Shown here: piece after piece, positions 25,479 through 38,500 of the stretch | Numbering within the stretch: position 1 is the stretch's first letter | Layout of the letters: each line of letters opens with the position of its first letter | Origin: Schmidtea polychroa | Taxonomy: Eukaryota | Direction of reading: 5' to 3' | Length of the DNA stretch: 64,000 bases | Assembly (NCBI GenBank): GCA_044892525.1 | Contig: CM097886.1 | Location: forward strand, 2,294,001-2,358,000 | Position numbers and translations under genes: made by a program | Notes under the pieces: model-generated | Database searches by the model: none | Told to the model about the DNA's origin: nothing | What the model saw: only the letters and a program-made list of their open reading frames with translations

Positions 25479-28305
25479 TTTATCCAGATTCTCAATATCA
25501 CTTCGAATAGCCATTCTCGTAACTTCTGTGTTTATTTGAAAATGGCTTTATTTCTATTTATTTCTTGATTTCTTGTTTATTTTCCTTAATTTCTGTTATT
25601 CCCTTTTTATTGTTATGTATGTTAGGTAATTTTCCTTTTCTATCTTATTTTTCATCTTATAAATTTCATTATATTATTAGTTATTTTTATTTCCTTTATA
25701 ATCTTATTTCTTTTATTGTTTTTCCCAATTTAGTAATTCTTATAGTTCTTTCGCGATTTTTATGAAATTTATTTTTCCTGTTTATTTATCCCTAACCCGA
25801 TTTTCAACATTCTCAAGATTTAGCCCAACATAATTTAAGCAGAAAGAGGATATACGGTTCCGGTTTCTTAAATAAATTCCTTTCATGATTGGCGATGTTA
25901 GGTTTATACATAATATATTTATACATAATATAGAATTAGTGCTATTTGTTTTCGAAGTTTCCCAAGTCCCGATCACAGTTTGGCATTTCTCCGCAACGTG
26001 ATCGAAGGCTCCAGACAGCACCGTCGCCAGTACCGTGAAGAAGAAACACTTTATTGTCAATGAATAAATTTTATTGATCTCAATATTTTAGAATAAATAT
26101 AAGCACATCATACAATAGAACCATATCCAGCAGAAACCACCTTGCAACCTCGGAAGCGGTAAAGGCCGACACGCTCGGAAAAAATTAAAAACGTAGAAAC
26201 GCTATGGCCGCGCTTGAAGCGTCGCTGTCCGTGGCACAATCAACTATTAATCAACTATTATTTATTTAATGCTGACAACACCTTTATTAATTCTAGTTAT
26301 TTCACATGCAGACACGCACTATAATTTTTTTTGTTCAGGTCTTTCGGAGGTCGCGCCACTTATATGGTACTTAATTATATAAATTAGTAAAGTAGAATAT
26401 ACCTGAATTAAAAAATAAAACCTTATGTTGTACTTAATTATATCAATTGGTAACGTAAAATATACCCAACTTTTAAAATATAATTTTATATCCTAATTAA
26501 ATATATATCGTATAAATGTGTACCACCTCCAAATTGGAAAATATAACTCGTACTATTTCTATTATCATTATACTATTCTATTATCATTACTATTATTATA
26601 TCGTGGAATAGTTATCGTTATTTAATACGAATTAAACTATAAACACTATTTCCACTTTTTATCGGAATTCGTCGGCTCTCTCAGTAGTACTAATGTGTCG
26701 TTAACAACACAAATGTTATGATGTTTATGTAATCGAGTTCGACAGGACAGGTGTTTTTCATAGATTAGTGAAAAATCGGTTCTAGCAGAAATCTAGATAT
26801 GGCATCGTCGATGTGGATATACTGGTGGATTCATCTGTACTGAAGGCAAGTGTTTATGTCTACTATTAGCGATTATAATTTTTGTTTAGATTTTATCCAG
26901 ATTCTCAATATCACTTCGAATAGCCATTCTCGTAACTTCTGTGTTTATTTGAAAATGGCTTTATTTCTATTTATTTCTTGATTTCTTGTTTATTTTCCTT
27001 AATTTCTGTTATTCCCTTTTTATTGTTATGTATGTTAGGTAATTTTCCTTTTCTATCTTATTTTTCATCTTATAAATTTCATTATATTATTAGTTATTTT
27101 TATTTCCTTTATAATCTTATTTCTTTTATTGTTTTTCCCAATTTAGTAATTCTTATAGTTCTTTCGCGATTTTTATGAAATTTATTTTTCCTGTTTATTT
27201 ATCCCTAACCCGATTTTCAACATTCTCAAGATTTAGCCCAACATAATTTAAGCAGAAAGAGGATATACGGTTCCGGTTTCTTAAATAAATTCCTTTCATG
27301 ATTGGCGATGTTAGGTTTATACATAATATATTTATACATAATATAGAATTAGTGCTATTTGTTTTCGAAGTTTCCCAAGTCCCGATCACAGTTTGGCATT
27401 TCTCCGCAACGTGATCGAAGGCTCCAGACAGCACCGTCGCCAGTACCGTGAAGAAGAAACACTTTATTGTCAATGAATAAATTTTATTGATCTCAATATT
27501 TTAGAATAAATATAAGCACATCATACAATAGAACCATATCCAGCAGAAACCACCTTGCAACCTCGGAAGCGGTAAAGGCCGACACGCTCGGAAAAAATTA
27601 AAAACGTAGAAACGCTATGGCCGCGCTTGAAGCGTCGCTGTCCGTGGCACAATCAACTATTAATCAACTATTATTTATTTAATGCTGACAACACCTTTAT
27701 TAATTCTAGTTATTTCACATGCAGACACGCACTATAATTTTTTTTGTTCAGGTCTTTCGGAGGTCGCGCCACTTATATGGTACTTAATTATATAAATTAG
27801 TAAAGTAGAATATACCTGAATTAAAAAATAAAACCTTATGTTGTACTTAATTATATCAATTGGTAACGTAAAATATACCCAACTTTTAAAATATAATTTT
27901 ATATCCTAATTAAATATATATCGTATAAATGTGTACCACCTCCAAATTGGAAAATATAACTCGTACTATTTCTATTATCATTATACTATTCTATTATCAT
28001 TACTATTATTATATCGTGGAATAGTTATCGTTATTTAATACGAATTAAACTATAAACACTATTTCCACTTTTTATCGGAATTCGTCGGCTCTCTCAGTAG
28101 TACTAATGTGTCGTTAACAACACAAATGTTATGATGTTTATGTAATCGAGTTCGACAGGACAGGTGTTTTTCATAGATTAGTGAAAAATCGGTTCTAGCA
28201 GAAATCTAGATATGGCATCGTCGATGTGGATATACTGGTGGATTCATCTGTACTGAAGGCAAGTGTTTATGTCTACTATTAGCGATTATAATTTTTGTTT
28301 AGATT
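25479..28305. repeat. Near-identical tandem duplication, 1413-bp unit (25479-26891, 26892-28305)
   Basis: Identical ORFs are offset by exactly 1413 bp (25565/26978, 25782/27195). No differences seen by eye. A third partial copy lies at ~28540-28665. Confidence 0.95.
26140..26255 (+). pseudogene. ORF-B C-terminal fragment (repeated at 27553-27668)
   Basis: PRKR*RPTRSEKIKKRRNAMAALEASLSVAQST compared with copy C's PSRKRKRPTRAAKNQKRRDAMAALEASLSVAQST. Confidence 0.75.
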
Positions 28306-29149
28306 ATCGACGTTATCAGTGACAGCATCAGGTCAATGGGAACGGGTTTTGACGTCAAATTTTCAGATTTCTCAGCAGGAGGATGGATCTAGCGGCTAAC
28401 ACGAGAATCAGGAAAATCGTAATTGCCATCTCATGGATCTTTCTTAACCGACTACCTAGTAGACCTTCTAAATGGCCTTCCTCTAACGAGATGAGCTTAT
28501 CGACAGAGTATGATTCGTTATGCTGGACGACGAAATCGACGTGATCGAAGGCTCCAGACAGCACCGTCGCCAGTACCGTGAAGAAGAAACACTTCATTGT
28601 CAATGAATAAATTTTATTGATCTCAATATTTTAGAATAAATATAAGCACATCATACAATAGAACAATCAGTTTCAAACCATACTTTGGATTGATAGAGTT
28701 AGATCTGAATGAACGAGTTGCTTCCCGAAAAGTGATTCCTGAATGTAATGGATCCTAATGAGGTTTGTGGTTGATGTAATTATCTTTCTGAAATCTGTCG
28801 TAGGCCTAAAATCTGTATTGGTTTTTTTTAAAGTCGTGGATTAAAAAATAAGTTTTTGCATGTATTGGTTTTTTGTAAAGTCGTGATTGACTGATTTTAT
28901 GCGTTACTTATATAGTTATTTTTGTCCAATCAGGATGCATTTAGGGTGTTTTTATTATTTATTGTTTTTTATCAATAAATTTTGTCTTATTTTTTTATTA
29001 ATGTTGGTTATTTTTCCTTTTTTTATTTAAATTTTATTACATTATTTTATTGCTTTATGTCACAGGTAACTTATTTCCTATCTTATTACTTAGTGATTTT
29101 ATTATTTATGTCGTTTTCTTTTAATATATTTCTTTGGTTTCTCTTTCTG

Positions 29150-29236
29150 TTACTGGGATTCTGGTTTCCGATTAAACTCTATCAACATTCGGAACTTAGC
29201 CTAACAAGAGGGAGACCTCGCAAATATCCATTATGA
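29150..29236 (+). pseudogene. Unknown family ORF-A (AT-hook) 3' end, copy D
   Basis: Ends LTRGRPRKYPL*, about 250 bp upstream of ORF-B. Copy E has the same arrangement (RKRGRPRKNLA*, 315 bp upstream). Confidence 0.45.
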
Positions 29237-29489
29237 TCCAGATATGATCATTAACCACGACTGGCAATGACAATGATGACATTTAATTTGTTGTGATAAA
29301 TACGTTTCTTAATCGTATTATTTCCTTTATTTGTCATGAAATTTTGTATAATAAATCGTTCTATTATCGCATCGTTATCTTTCTCTGTTGTAGTACACCT
29401 TAGCGGTCAGGCAACCCGACATTAATGCGCAATTAAACAAATTCTTCTTTTATGTATATGGATGCAAGTAATAAATTCTCTTATTTTTA

Positions 29490-29880
29490 TTGTTTAAACT
29501 GTTTGAGAATTTACGCAAAGACCGTGAGCAGGCCCAACAAAAAGCCGAAGACCTCCGAGTCCATGTCGAAAAGCTCAAGGTGAAGTGCCGAGAATTCGAG
29601 GGCACTTGGTTTAGCCCCGCTGAGATGAAAAAGAAGACTACGCAAATTCTCCAACTACAGACCCAAGCTGCACCGGACCAAATAGAAATCCATGCGCTGA
29701 AATTGCAAATACGTGCATTGGAAACCAAACAAAACGGAATGAAGCCGCAATAAGGCAAATACGGCCATTGGCCGTAGAGCTTGCGGAGATATACCCCCGG
29801 CTGCGGCAAACAAACCAAAAAGAAAGCGGTTAGGACGAAATATCCGCGAGAAACTGAAATACAAAAGTGAATTACAAATA
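29490..29880 (+). pseudogene. Unknown family ORF-B, copy D
   Basis: LFENLRKDREQAQQ...EGTWFSPAEMKKK. After a frameshift near 29750 it reads QIRPLAVELAEIYPPAAANKPKRKRLGRNIREKLK, clearly homologous to 61648-62133. Confidence 0.85.
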
Positions 29881-30002
29881 TCTAGAGGATTTGTAGATTG
29901 ATTAATGTTGAATATATATTTTTCCTGTATTATTAATTCCAGTCTCACACATCCATGAAATCAAGTTTTCTAACATCATGATTAAAACCAAAAATCGAAA
30001 CT

Positions 30003-30838
30003 AGAATTCCCCATTTTTGTAGTACTTTTTTTGGATTCGTTTATATTTTTCAACAGTTATTAATTTTAATTTCAAAAGCCTTGACAATATTGCATTCACT
30101 TGGTTATAAGTATTTGAATGTCCAGCCTTTTACGCTGCTAATAATTTAATCAAATGCTCAAACAATGAAATCGGATTGTCTGGGAAAAAGAAGATGCTGT
30201 GTTTAGTCCCTAGATCGGGACGTTGTCTATACGGAGTTCCTACGTCTGTACCTAATCCATTTCCATTTTTGGATGAACCACTAGAACTAAAAACTAGGCC
30301 TTGGGGTTTCTGAATCTTGAGTGATTTTACTTCTTGTAGGTTGTTTTATGGGTCTTGAATAATTAGATATACTATCTTTAGGTTCGAAAAGAACCATTTG
30401 AAAGGGTTAAGGTTAAGTCAGCAACTATATCATTATTAACTTGTAACTTTCCCACCTCATCGAATGCATTCCCTTCAATACATAAAAAATAATCCAGGTG
30501 TTAATTTATATTTTCTATTATTAACTGTATTAAAAATATAAAATAACCTTGGATGATTCAAAGTTTGAGGATATGATTTTAAATTCACATTAAATTTTAA
30601 TATTTGCAGAATCAATTAACTTCGTAGCTTCTGAGTTTGTAGCATCAATTGATAGTTTTTGAATTTCTTTGTTTTTTATATATTCTAGATGATCAGTTTT
30701 GTTTTTAATAAGATTATAATCATTCCACGTTTTGTTTGTTTTTGTTAATTTTTTCAAACTCGAGTTGTATTCATCATAATTAAAATTATTAGGATCGGAA
30801 ACTATTATTGTTGAACACTGATTGAAAATTTGTTCCAT
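30003..30838 (-). pseudogene. Polinton/adintovirus-type conserved protein, decayed
   Basis: The C-terminus reads KNGNGLG...FFPDNPISLFEHLIKLLAA*KAGHSNTYNQVNAILSRLLKLKLI. This matches the G-x-G-L ... P.DP..L..RL.LL.A...AG..N..NE...IL..L pattern I recall from animal Polinton/Maverick proteins. Confidence 0.6.
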
Positions 30839-30849
30839 ACGAAGTTCCT

Positions 30850-31228
30850 AAATTCGTAGATTTCATATAATTCTATCGTGAATTATTTTATTATTTGTAT
30901 CCAAAGAAATATCTTGTGTTCCAATGATTTTTAAAATTATTAAACTTTTCTTTTTCTTTCCATCAAGGTAGAAAATAAATCACTATAAATATTATTTTGG
31001 TCACGTTTATTCAATTCAAAGAATATATAAAATTTCCACGATTAGATCTAAGTAAATAGAAATAATTTTGGGAAAGATAAATACAAGAATTTGTATGTCT
31101 AGATCTTGTGAGTATGATTCCATGACTTTTTGGTTTTTTTCATTAACACAATCATGAAATATTACAAGGTTTTTATTGTTCTTGTCTAGATTTTCGCAAG
31201 ACACAATGTCTGCAAACTTGTTACTCAT
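30850..31228 (-). pseudogene. A32/FtsK-like packaging ATPase of Polinton/adintovirus type, C-terminal half
   Basis: LDKNNKNLVIFHDCVNEKNQKVMES, then with frameshifts YFTRSRHTNSCIYLSQNYF and FELNKRD. This gives a Walker B (hhhDD mutated to HD) and the TRxRH..N...IYLSQ signature. No Walker A found. Confidence 0.7.
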
Positions 31229-31801
31229 TGTTATTATTAGGACACTCCGTGAGACCTATAGTTTCACACAAATCATCAAATTTATTGCCTGGAGGGATTC
31301 TATCTTGAACAATTTGATCATCTGAGTTTGCAATTTTTTCTATTAGATAATCAATATCTGTGTTTTTTTACACATTTCTTTACTTTATTAGCAATTTCCT
31401 TGCTAGTTTCTTTATCTTTTTTCACTTATTTCATTTCTGTAAGTTGGTTTCTTGTTTGTCTTTTTCTTATAAAGATTCATCAACTTGATATGGAACGTTT
31501 AATTCACCACCTAAAACATCATTCTTTTTTCTTTTTCCTGTCCGAAGCGCTTTGATAGACTTAACACTATTTTGTTTAGTTCGTTTGTACTTGGTTGTTT
31601 TGTTTATCGGAACGTTGTTTGTCGACTTGTCTTTTTCTTCATTAGTTAACCCCATGTTTCTTTTTAGAGTAAATTTAAAACGGCATTATAAATAGTTCCC
31701 TATATGAACCATTGAATATATTTCTCAATAGTTATTAGTTTCGAAAAAAAATAAAATAATAACATAATCGATATTTATTCAGTAAAATACAATAATAATA
31801 T

Positions 31802-32071
31802 TTAACGCGGTGTAAAAGAACCTTTAAATGGACCACCGGATCTGCGTCCAACTGACAACATTCTACCACTTGTAGTAGTAAATGGGAAATTTCTTCTCGT
31901 AGTCATTTTCTTTCTAAATCCGGCGTTAGCGATATAACGTGCTTTGACTGGCTGTCCCAATTTATTCGGTGATGTTGCATAATTATCTTTTCTATTGGCC
32001 AGCATGTTATTTCTACGTTGATTAATATCAGTCCAAACGATCGGTTCAATCTTCTTCTTTGCTAACTCCAA
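31802..32071 (-). CDS. Small basic protein within the Polinton-like fragment
   Basis: Intact 89-aa Arg/Lys-rich ORF, co-oriented with and just upstream of the ATPase block. A viral core-like role is inference only. Confidence 0.3.
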   Translation of the reverse strand: MELAKKKIEPIVWTDINQRRNNMLANRKDNYATSPNKLGQPVKARYIANAGFRKKMTTRRNFPFTTTSGRMLSVGRRSGGPFKGSFTPR

Positions 32072-32532
32072 TTCATTTTCCGATGACCTTAACTCTAAAA
32101 ATCGATATAGAAAAAGTTCAATGGATAAAGATTATTGACAAAAACATCATTTGATAGTATGATTATTATACTGACAAAATTATAACAATATCTAAATCGA
32201 TTTTTTTTCAATACGTGCTGGAATAATAAAAACCGAGCTTATTAAATGTATTAAGGTTACTAAGGAATTCCTAAATCGAATGCTTGATTTAATTATCCAA
32301 AAAAACAAATTTAGGTTATAGTAACCAAATTTTATTTATTGAAAGTGATAAACTAAATATTGACAATTATTAGTCAAAAATAATTATTTTCTTAATCGAT
32401 AATCAACAGTACCGATGTGGTGAATTAGTAATAACAAAATAAAAAAGGGAAATTTCCGAAAAATAGTAACCAAATTTTATTGGCTGCTTGTCATTGGTTA
32501 TTGAAAATATTTTATAATTAAAATAACTTTAT

Positions 32533-35500
32533 CTAATAATAATAATATAAAACAAATAAAAATCGTCTATAATTTAATATTATCCAATAATAATCAATAA
32601 AACCTTCTACAGCTGACTCATTCTTATCGTCCTTATAATTTGAAGATTCTTGATTATCGTCCTCATTGTTCTCGTTGTCATCGTATTTGTTATCGTTATT
32701 GTCATCATTGTCTTCACTTGCATCATCGGAACTCACTGAAATGACAAATTACAATTTGATTGGCTGGGAAATCAACAATAATTACAAAGATCAATAACAT
32801 CGGGATTCTCATCATCCTCATCATCATCTTCGTCCTCATCATTATTATCTTCATCCATATTATCTTCATCATCTTCCGGTTCATTTTCATCAGTCTCATT
32901 TTCCTCTTCCTCCTCTTCCTCATCATAATCCTCTCCTTCGACGCTGTTTTCTTGGTCTGAGAAACTCTGAATCCTTCCATCAAGCAGCTGGGTCAATAAC
33001 GGATCATCAAATTCGGTTTTTGATCTATTTTCATCTTCATCTTCGGTTATTTCTACCTCTTCCACCTCCTCGGATTCAATTTCTATTTCTCCTTCACAGA
33101 CTTCGTCGATATTCTGCAATTGGCTATAATCAATCAATCCAGAAACCGATTGAGTAGTCTGAGGAAACGATTCCTGGATTTGGAGATCTTGACTAATAAC
33201 TTCCTGCATTACTACTGGAACATCTGGAACCCGGATTCGGCATTTTTTAATGGCATTGCTGTCGTGGGTGGAAGTTGTAGACTCCTCCATCAGACTCGTT
33301 CTCGAGTCGGGTTCAATCGATTTTTCGAAGCACCGTTTCAATCGATTGATATTAGGAGTAGTGCTGGTACTAGCCAATGAGCTGCTGGAGGAAAAACTGG
33401 AAACAGCTGGGAAAATAACCGTCGGAACCGAAGACGCAGCTAGTGCCTGAACAACACTGGCTGGCAGAGACGTGGTAACCGATGCTGTAGAAACGGAATC
33501 TGTAGTGCTATCGACTGCGGAACTCGATGGAATGACATGGAGAGCAACGGCGGGTATCGGACGAATTTCAGCGGTTTGTCGGGCAGTTGAAGTACAGCTG
33601 GAAATCGGTTGGGAATTTGGTGAGATTTGATTGGATCCCGGCACGATATTTTGTGGCTTCTGTACAACAGGGTGTATATTAGCAGCTATTCGAGCAACAG
33701 CCGGCACTCCATGACATGAAGAAGTAGTCGGTAAAATTTCACTGCTGTTTTCTTCACTGATTCCGTTTTCATCGTCCAAACTGTTTAAATTCGATCGATT
33801 TTCCATTTGTTTCTTTAATCTTTCATTTTCGAGTTTGAAATTCGTTAAATGACCTTCAATAACTTGCATTCGGAATTTGAGCTCGCTTTCTCTTGTTTCC
33901 AATAATTGGATGTTGTTTTGGTATTCTTTCGCCATTTTCTCTGACGTTTCGATGATCTCATTTGGATTATTCTGGCATTGCAAAATTGAACTGAGTTTCT
34001 TGATAAACTCGTCACTGGCTCGTGACACGGAATTTGAGCTCGTACTTGCCTGACTCAATTGCTGCTGACACTCTTTCTTCGATTCGTCTAATAATTGTTT
34101 AATTTCCACTATTTCTTTCTTCAATGCTTGCAATTCTTTGCATTTATTATCTTTCTCGTCTGTTACTTTCACAATTTCACTACTCAACGATTCGCTTTCA
34201 GTTTTATATTTTCTACCGATATCTCTCAATTGCGTTATTAAACCACTCAGTTTGTGAGTTTCCGCTTGAGTTTTATCATTAATTTCCCTAGAAATCAATA
34301 AATTGTGATTATTCTCTAAAATTTCCGAACTTCATCGATTCCAATTGATTGTCTTTATCTTTCAGAGATCTTTCGTATTCTTCAATTTGTGCTTTCAATT
34401 CCTCTAGTTGTTCCGAATTGACACGACATTTCTCTTCTTCCAGTAAAATTTGGTGTTGCAACTTATCTTTTTCTATGCTGAATTAAAAGTTCAAAATGTG
34501 AAAAATATTTATCAAAATAAAAATATGCAAAAATTTGATATGTTTGTTTTGGATTTTAGTTAATTTTAAGATTTATTGTTAAAATAATGAATAAAGAAGT
34601 AAGATATTTATTTATTTATTATAATATGCATTAAATATTTCATAGTTCACCTAAAATATCAAGCATTTAGGGAAGCATCTTTAATATGGTTATTAATATG
34701 ATTTCTGATATTATTATGATCTGGTTTTCGAAGTTCCTCGTTAACTGCTTGGGATATTGCAGTAAATCATTCATTGAAGGTAAATCCATCAGCTGAAGAA
34801 ACTTTAGTCCTTTCCCCATTTTTAATTTTGCTCAACACTTTCGATGGGGTTCAAAAATGGACTATTTGACAACTTTTCTATTTGAATAGTCAATGAAGAT
34901 ATATTATTGTAAATGGATTAGCTCATCTTTGGATATTGAGACCTCGATTTGTTGGTATATTGTTATAAATTCTATTGCCTACTCGTGATCTACCGAATCT
35001 CTTGTCCGTCCATGTATTGAAGAGCATTCATCTATGAATTTCTTGAAATGCAATAATCGATTCTGATGAAGTTTCTGACATATTCTCGTATATTTTTTAT
35101 AATTAATTAATTTTAAATTGAAAATATTTAGCCAATTGAATGTCCGCATGATAAATCAATGTCCTATAGTGTGTATTTTTTATTATAGAAATTTTGTGAA
35201 CCGTGTTTGTATGTATTTATTTATTTTTCTTCCAACAGCGATTTTTTCTATCTTTCTATAGTGTAATAGCCAATTTAATGTCACCTAGCTAATTCAATGT
35301 CCCTTCTGGCTATGACACAGACACACACACACATTTATTATAGGTAAGTTAATATTTATATTATTAAATTTGCAAATCAATGTCCATTTGATGATAATCA
35401 ATGTCCATTTGATGATAATCAATTGCCGGTTGGGGTATATTTAAATCAAATTTGCAAAAGTAATCGGAATATCGACTAAAATAAAATTAAGCAAATTAGC

Positions 35501-38500
35501 GATATTATTAGAAAATCTATGCAAAAAATATTATGAAATTTTTTAAAATTTGAAAGTAAATGCACTAACCAGATTTGTTTGAATTCTTCTGGATTTACTT
35601 GTTTTGATTTCTCAATGAGATTATCACATCTTTTACGCCACAAGTCTCGCTCATTTTCTAATGATCTTGCATCGAGTTTAACATTTTCAATTTCATTACT
35701 TTTCGCTTTCAATTCCGATTTTAAAGGTTCAATCGATTCGTTCAACTTTTCAAACTGCAAAGGAAATTAACAAACAACAATACATTAGAGCTACCTTCTC
35801 AGTAGTCTCAGTCAAGAGTTCCTTTATTCTTTGACGGTCAAGCCTGAGTTTAGAATTGCTTTCCATAAGCATTTGTTTGGATTCCATTTCGAGCATAATT
35901 TCTGCGTGTTGTTTTTGAGTTTCAGCTTCAACGACCCGAAATCTTCGTTCTTCTTCCAGAGTTTTATTTAACTGATCAATTGTTTCTTCTTGTTGTCTAT
36001 ATTGAACTTTTAATCGATTTAAATCGAGTTCATATTGATTTTTAACTCTTTCGACGTTTTCCTTCTCCTGTCTCAGGTATCTAGAAACAAATGAAAACCT
36101 TCAGAACAAAGTTCAAGAAGCGATAGGAAGCATACTGAATAACTTCATTCCAATCATTCTCGCGTTGAATAACAGCAAAATCGATACTATTCACAGTTGA
36201 TGGATCGAGTAATTTCTTCAGATTTACTAATTGATCGTTCAAATCAACCAGGCGATTATTCAAATACTCCTTTTGGGATTTCAATTCAGAAATTTCATTA
36301 TCCAAAACTCCTTTCTCAGCCAACCAAATGCTATCTCGATTTTCTAGGTCCGATTTGTATTTATCACGAAGTATAACTGTTTCTTGTAATTTTTCTGAAA
36401 GGTTTCTTTCTTGAGTTTTGATTTGACTCATTTGTTTATTCAACTCATCCAACGAGTCCGATTCTTGAGCGTGATAGATTAATTCCTGTTGGTAATTTTC
36501 AGTTGCGGTTCTTGTCATTTGTCTCTGTCGTTCAAGATCAGATATCAGCTGACTTTCTTTGGCTTTCAAAAGCGACATTTCGTTATTCAAGCTATCAGCG
36601 GCATTCGTTTTATCCTCCAATAATTTTTCAAATTCAGAAATTTGATCCTCTAATGATTTTTCTCGATCATTAAAAACCAATTCCAATTGCCTATTTGCTA
36701 ACTGAGTACTTTCAAGCAATTCCTCAATTTCAGCCTTCTCTTGAATTAATTCGTTTATTCTGTCCTGGAATTTTGACTCCATTTCTTCAATTAATTGAGA
36801 ATTATTAATAAGCTTTGATTCGGAATTAGCCATGAGTTCATGGTAAGCTTCAATCTGTTTTTTTAGACTGTAATTCAATACAGACAAATCTAAAGTTCGA
36901 AATAAATATTACATTATCTAATAACTTATATAATTTCTTTATATATAAGTTCATTAATTAAGGAAATAAATCAATTAATCGATTTTTTATTATTAATTAA
37001 TATTAATTAAAATTGATATAGTTAATTAACATTAATTAAATAATCGATTTAAACATAAATTTAATAAAAAATCAATTTATTATAAATATCAATTAATTAT
37101 AGCATAAATATTAAAGACTAAATAATACTATGTTCACACTGAATATAATGACAAGATATCTAATAGTAAGATTTGTAGCGTAGAGTCGAACCAATAAAGC
37201 TTTAGAAGTTCATTAATTAAGGAATTAAATCAATTAATCGATTTTTTAATATTAATTAAAATTAATATAGTTAATTAACATTAATTAAATAATCGATTTA
37301 AACTTTAATTTAATTTAGACTTTTTCGATTAAAATTTGATTTTTTATATTTAATCATAAATTTAATAAAAAATCAATTTATTATAAAAATCAATTGATTA
37401 TAACAGATAAAAATTAAAGACTAAATAATGCTCTGTTCACATTGAACATAATGACAAGATATCTAATAGTAAGATTTGTAGCGTAAAGTCGAACCAATGA
37501 AGCTTTAGAAGTTCATTTATTAAGGAATTAAATCAATTAATCGAATTTTTAATATTAATTAAAATTAATTAAATAATCGATTTAAACTTCAATTTAATTT
37601 AGACTATTTCGATTAAAATTGGTTTTTTTATATTTTTTTAATAAGAAATCAATAAAATAATAAATTACCTTCCAGCTGACTCTCCAAATCGCCAGTTTTC
37701 TCTATTTTTTCCGGAGCAGTCTGGAGAACCCCAACTGTGCACGAGTCAGTAATTGTCAAATTTGCCGAGGAACTTGCTCGATTTTCACTATTCAGTTGCG
37801 ATTTGAGAGTGTCAATAACAGCGTTTGATTCGCTGAATTTTGCTTGCCACATTTCCAATGAGCTTTGATATTTGGATTTTTCCTGTTTCAGCTCCAATGT
37901 CAATTGCTTGATTTTAGATTTCAGTTCGATCTGATCTTCATTCGATTGTTCTATTTGGGGTTTATTGAGATAGATTTGAATACTGCTGAGCTGGCTGGCC
38001 ATTTCACTGATACTCGACATGAGTTGGTATTTTTCATTCTTTTCCGAGCTCAATTGCTCCTCCAAATTTTCGACATGTTGTCTATTGAATTGCATTTGTT
38101 TAATTTCAGTTTCTTGTTCTTTGAGTCGCATTTGACAGGAACCAAGATGACTGGACAGCGACACATTTTCCTCGGATTTCTTTGCCAGTTTTTGATTTAA
38201 TTCCGAAATATCGTTTTGTAAATCGACCATTTCCATTTGCCGGTTGATGAGATTTTGTTCCAGGCTTGTTGCTTTTTCTTGATTGAAACTTATTTTAGCC
38301 ATAAGGTTAGCATTGGCTATTTTAACTTCAGATAGCGATTGATTGACATCTTTTATAGCATTTGAATGTTTTTCTTGCATAATTTCCTTTTCATCGCGTA
38401 ATCTATCGATTTCAGATTGTAATTTATCGATTTTCTCTTGACTTTCAGCTATTTTCCCATTTAACGTAGAAATAGTATTTAAATTGACCTGGTTGTTATT

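Noticed and set aside
25565-25765. Hydrophobic Phe/Leu/Ile-rich ORFs that look like membrane proteins (also 3790, 5233, 7200, 8241, 28982, 53196, 63667)
   Set aside because: They are by-products of T-rich strands, antisense to A-rich coding or repeat sequence.
26330-26365. Minus-strand TGGCGCGACC as a possible LTR primer-binding site
   Set aside because: There is no adjacent LTR end, and the complement does not fit tRNA 3'-arm spacing.
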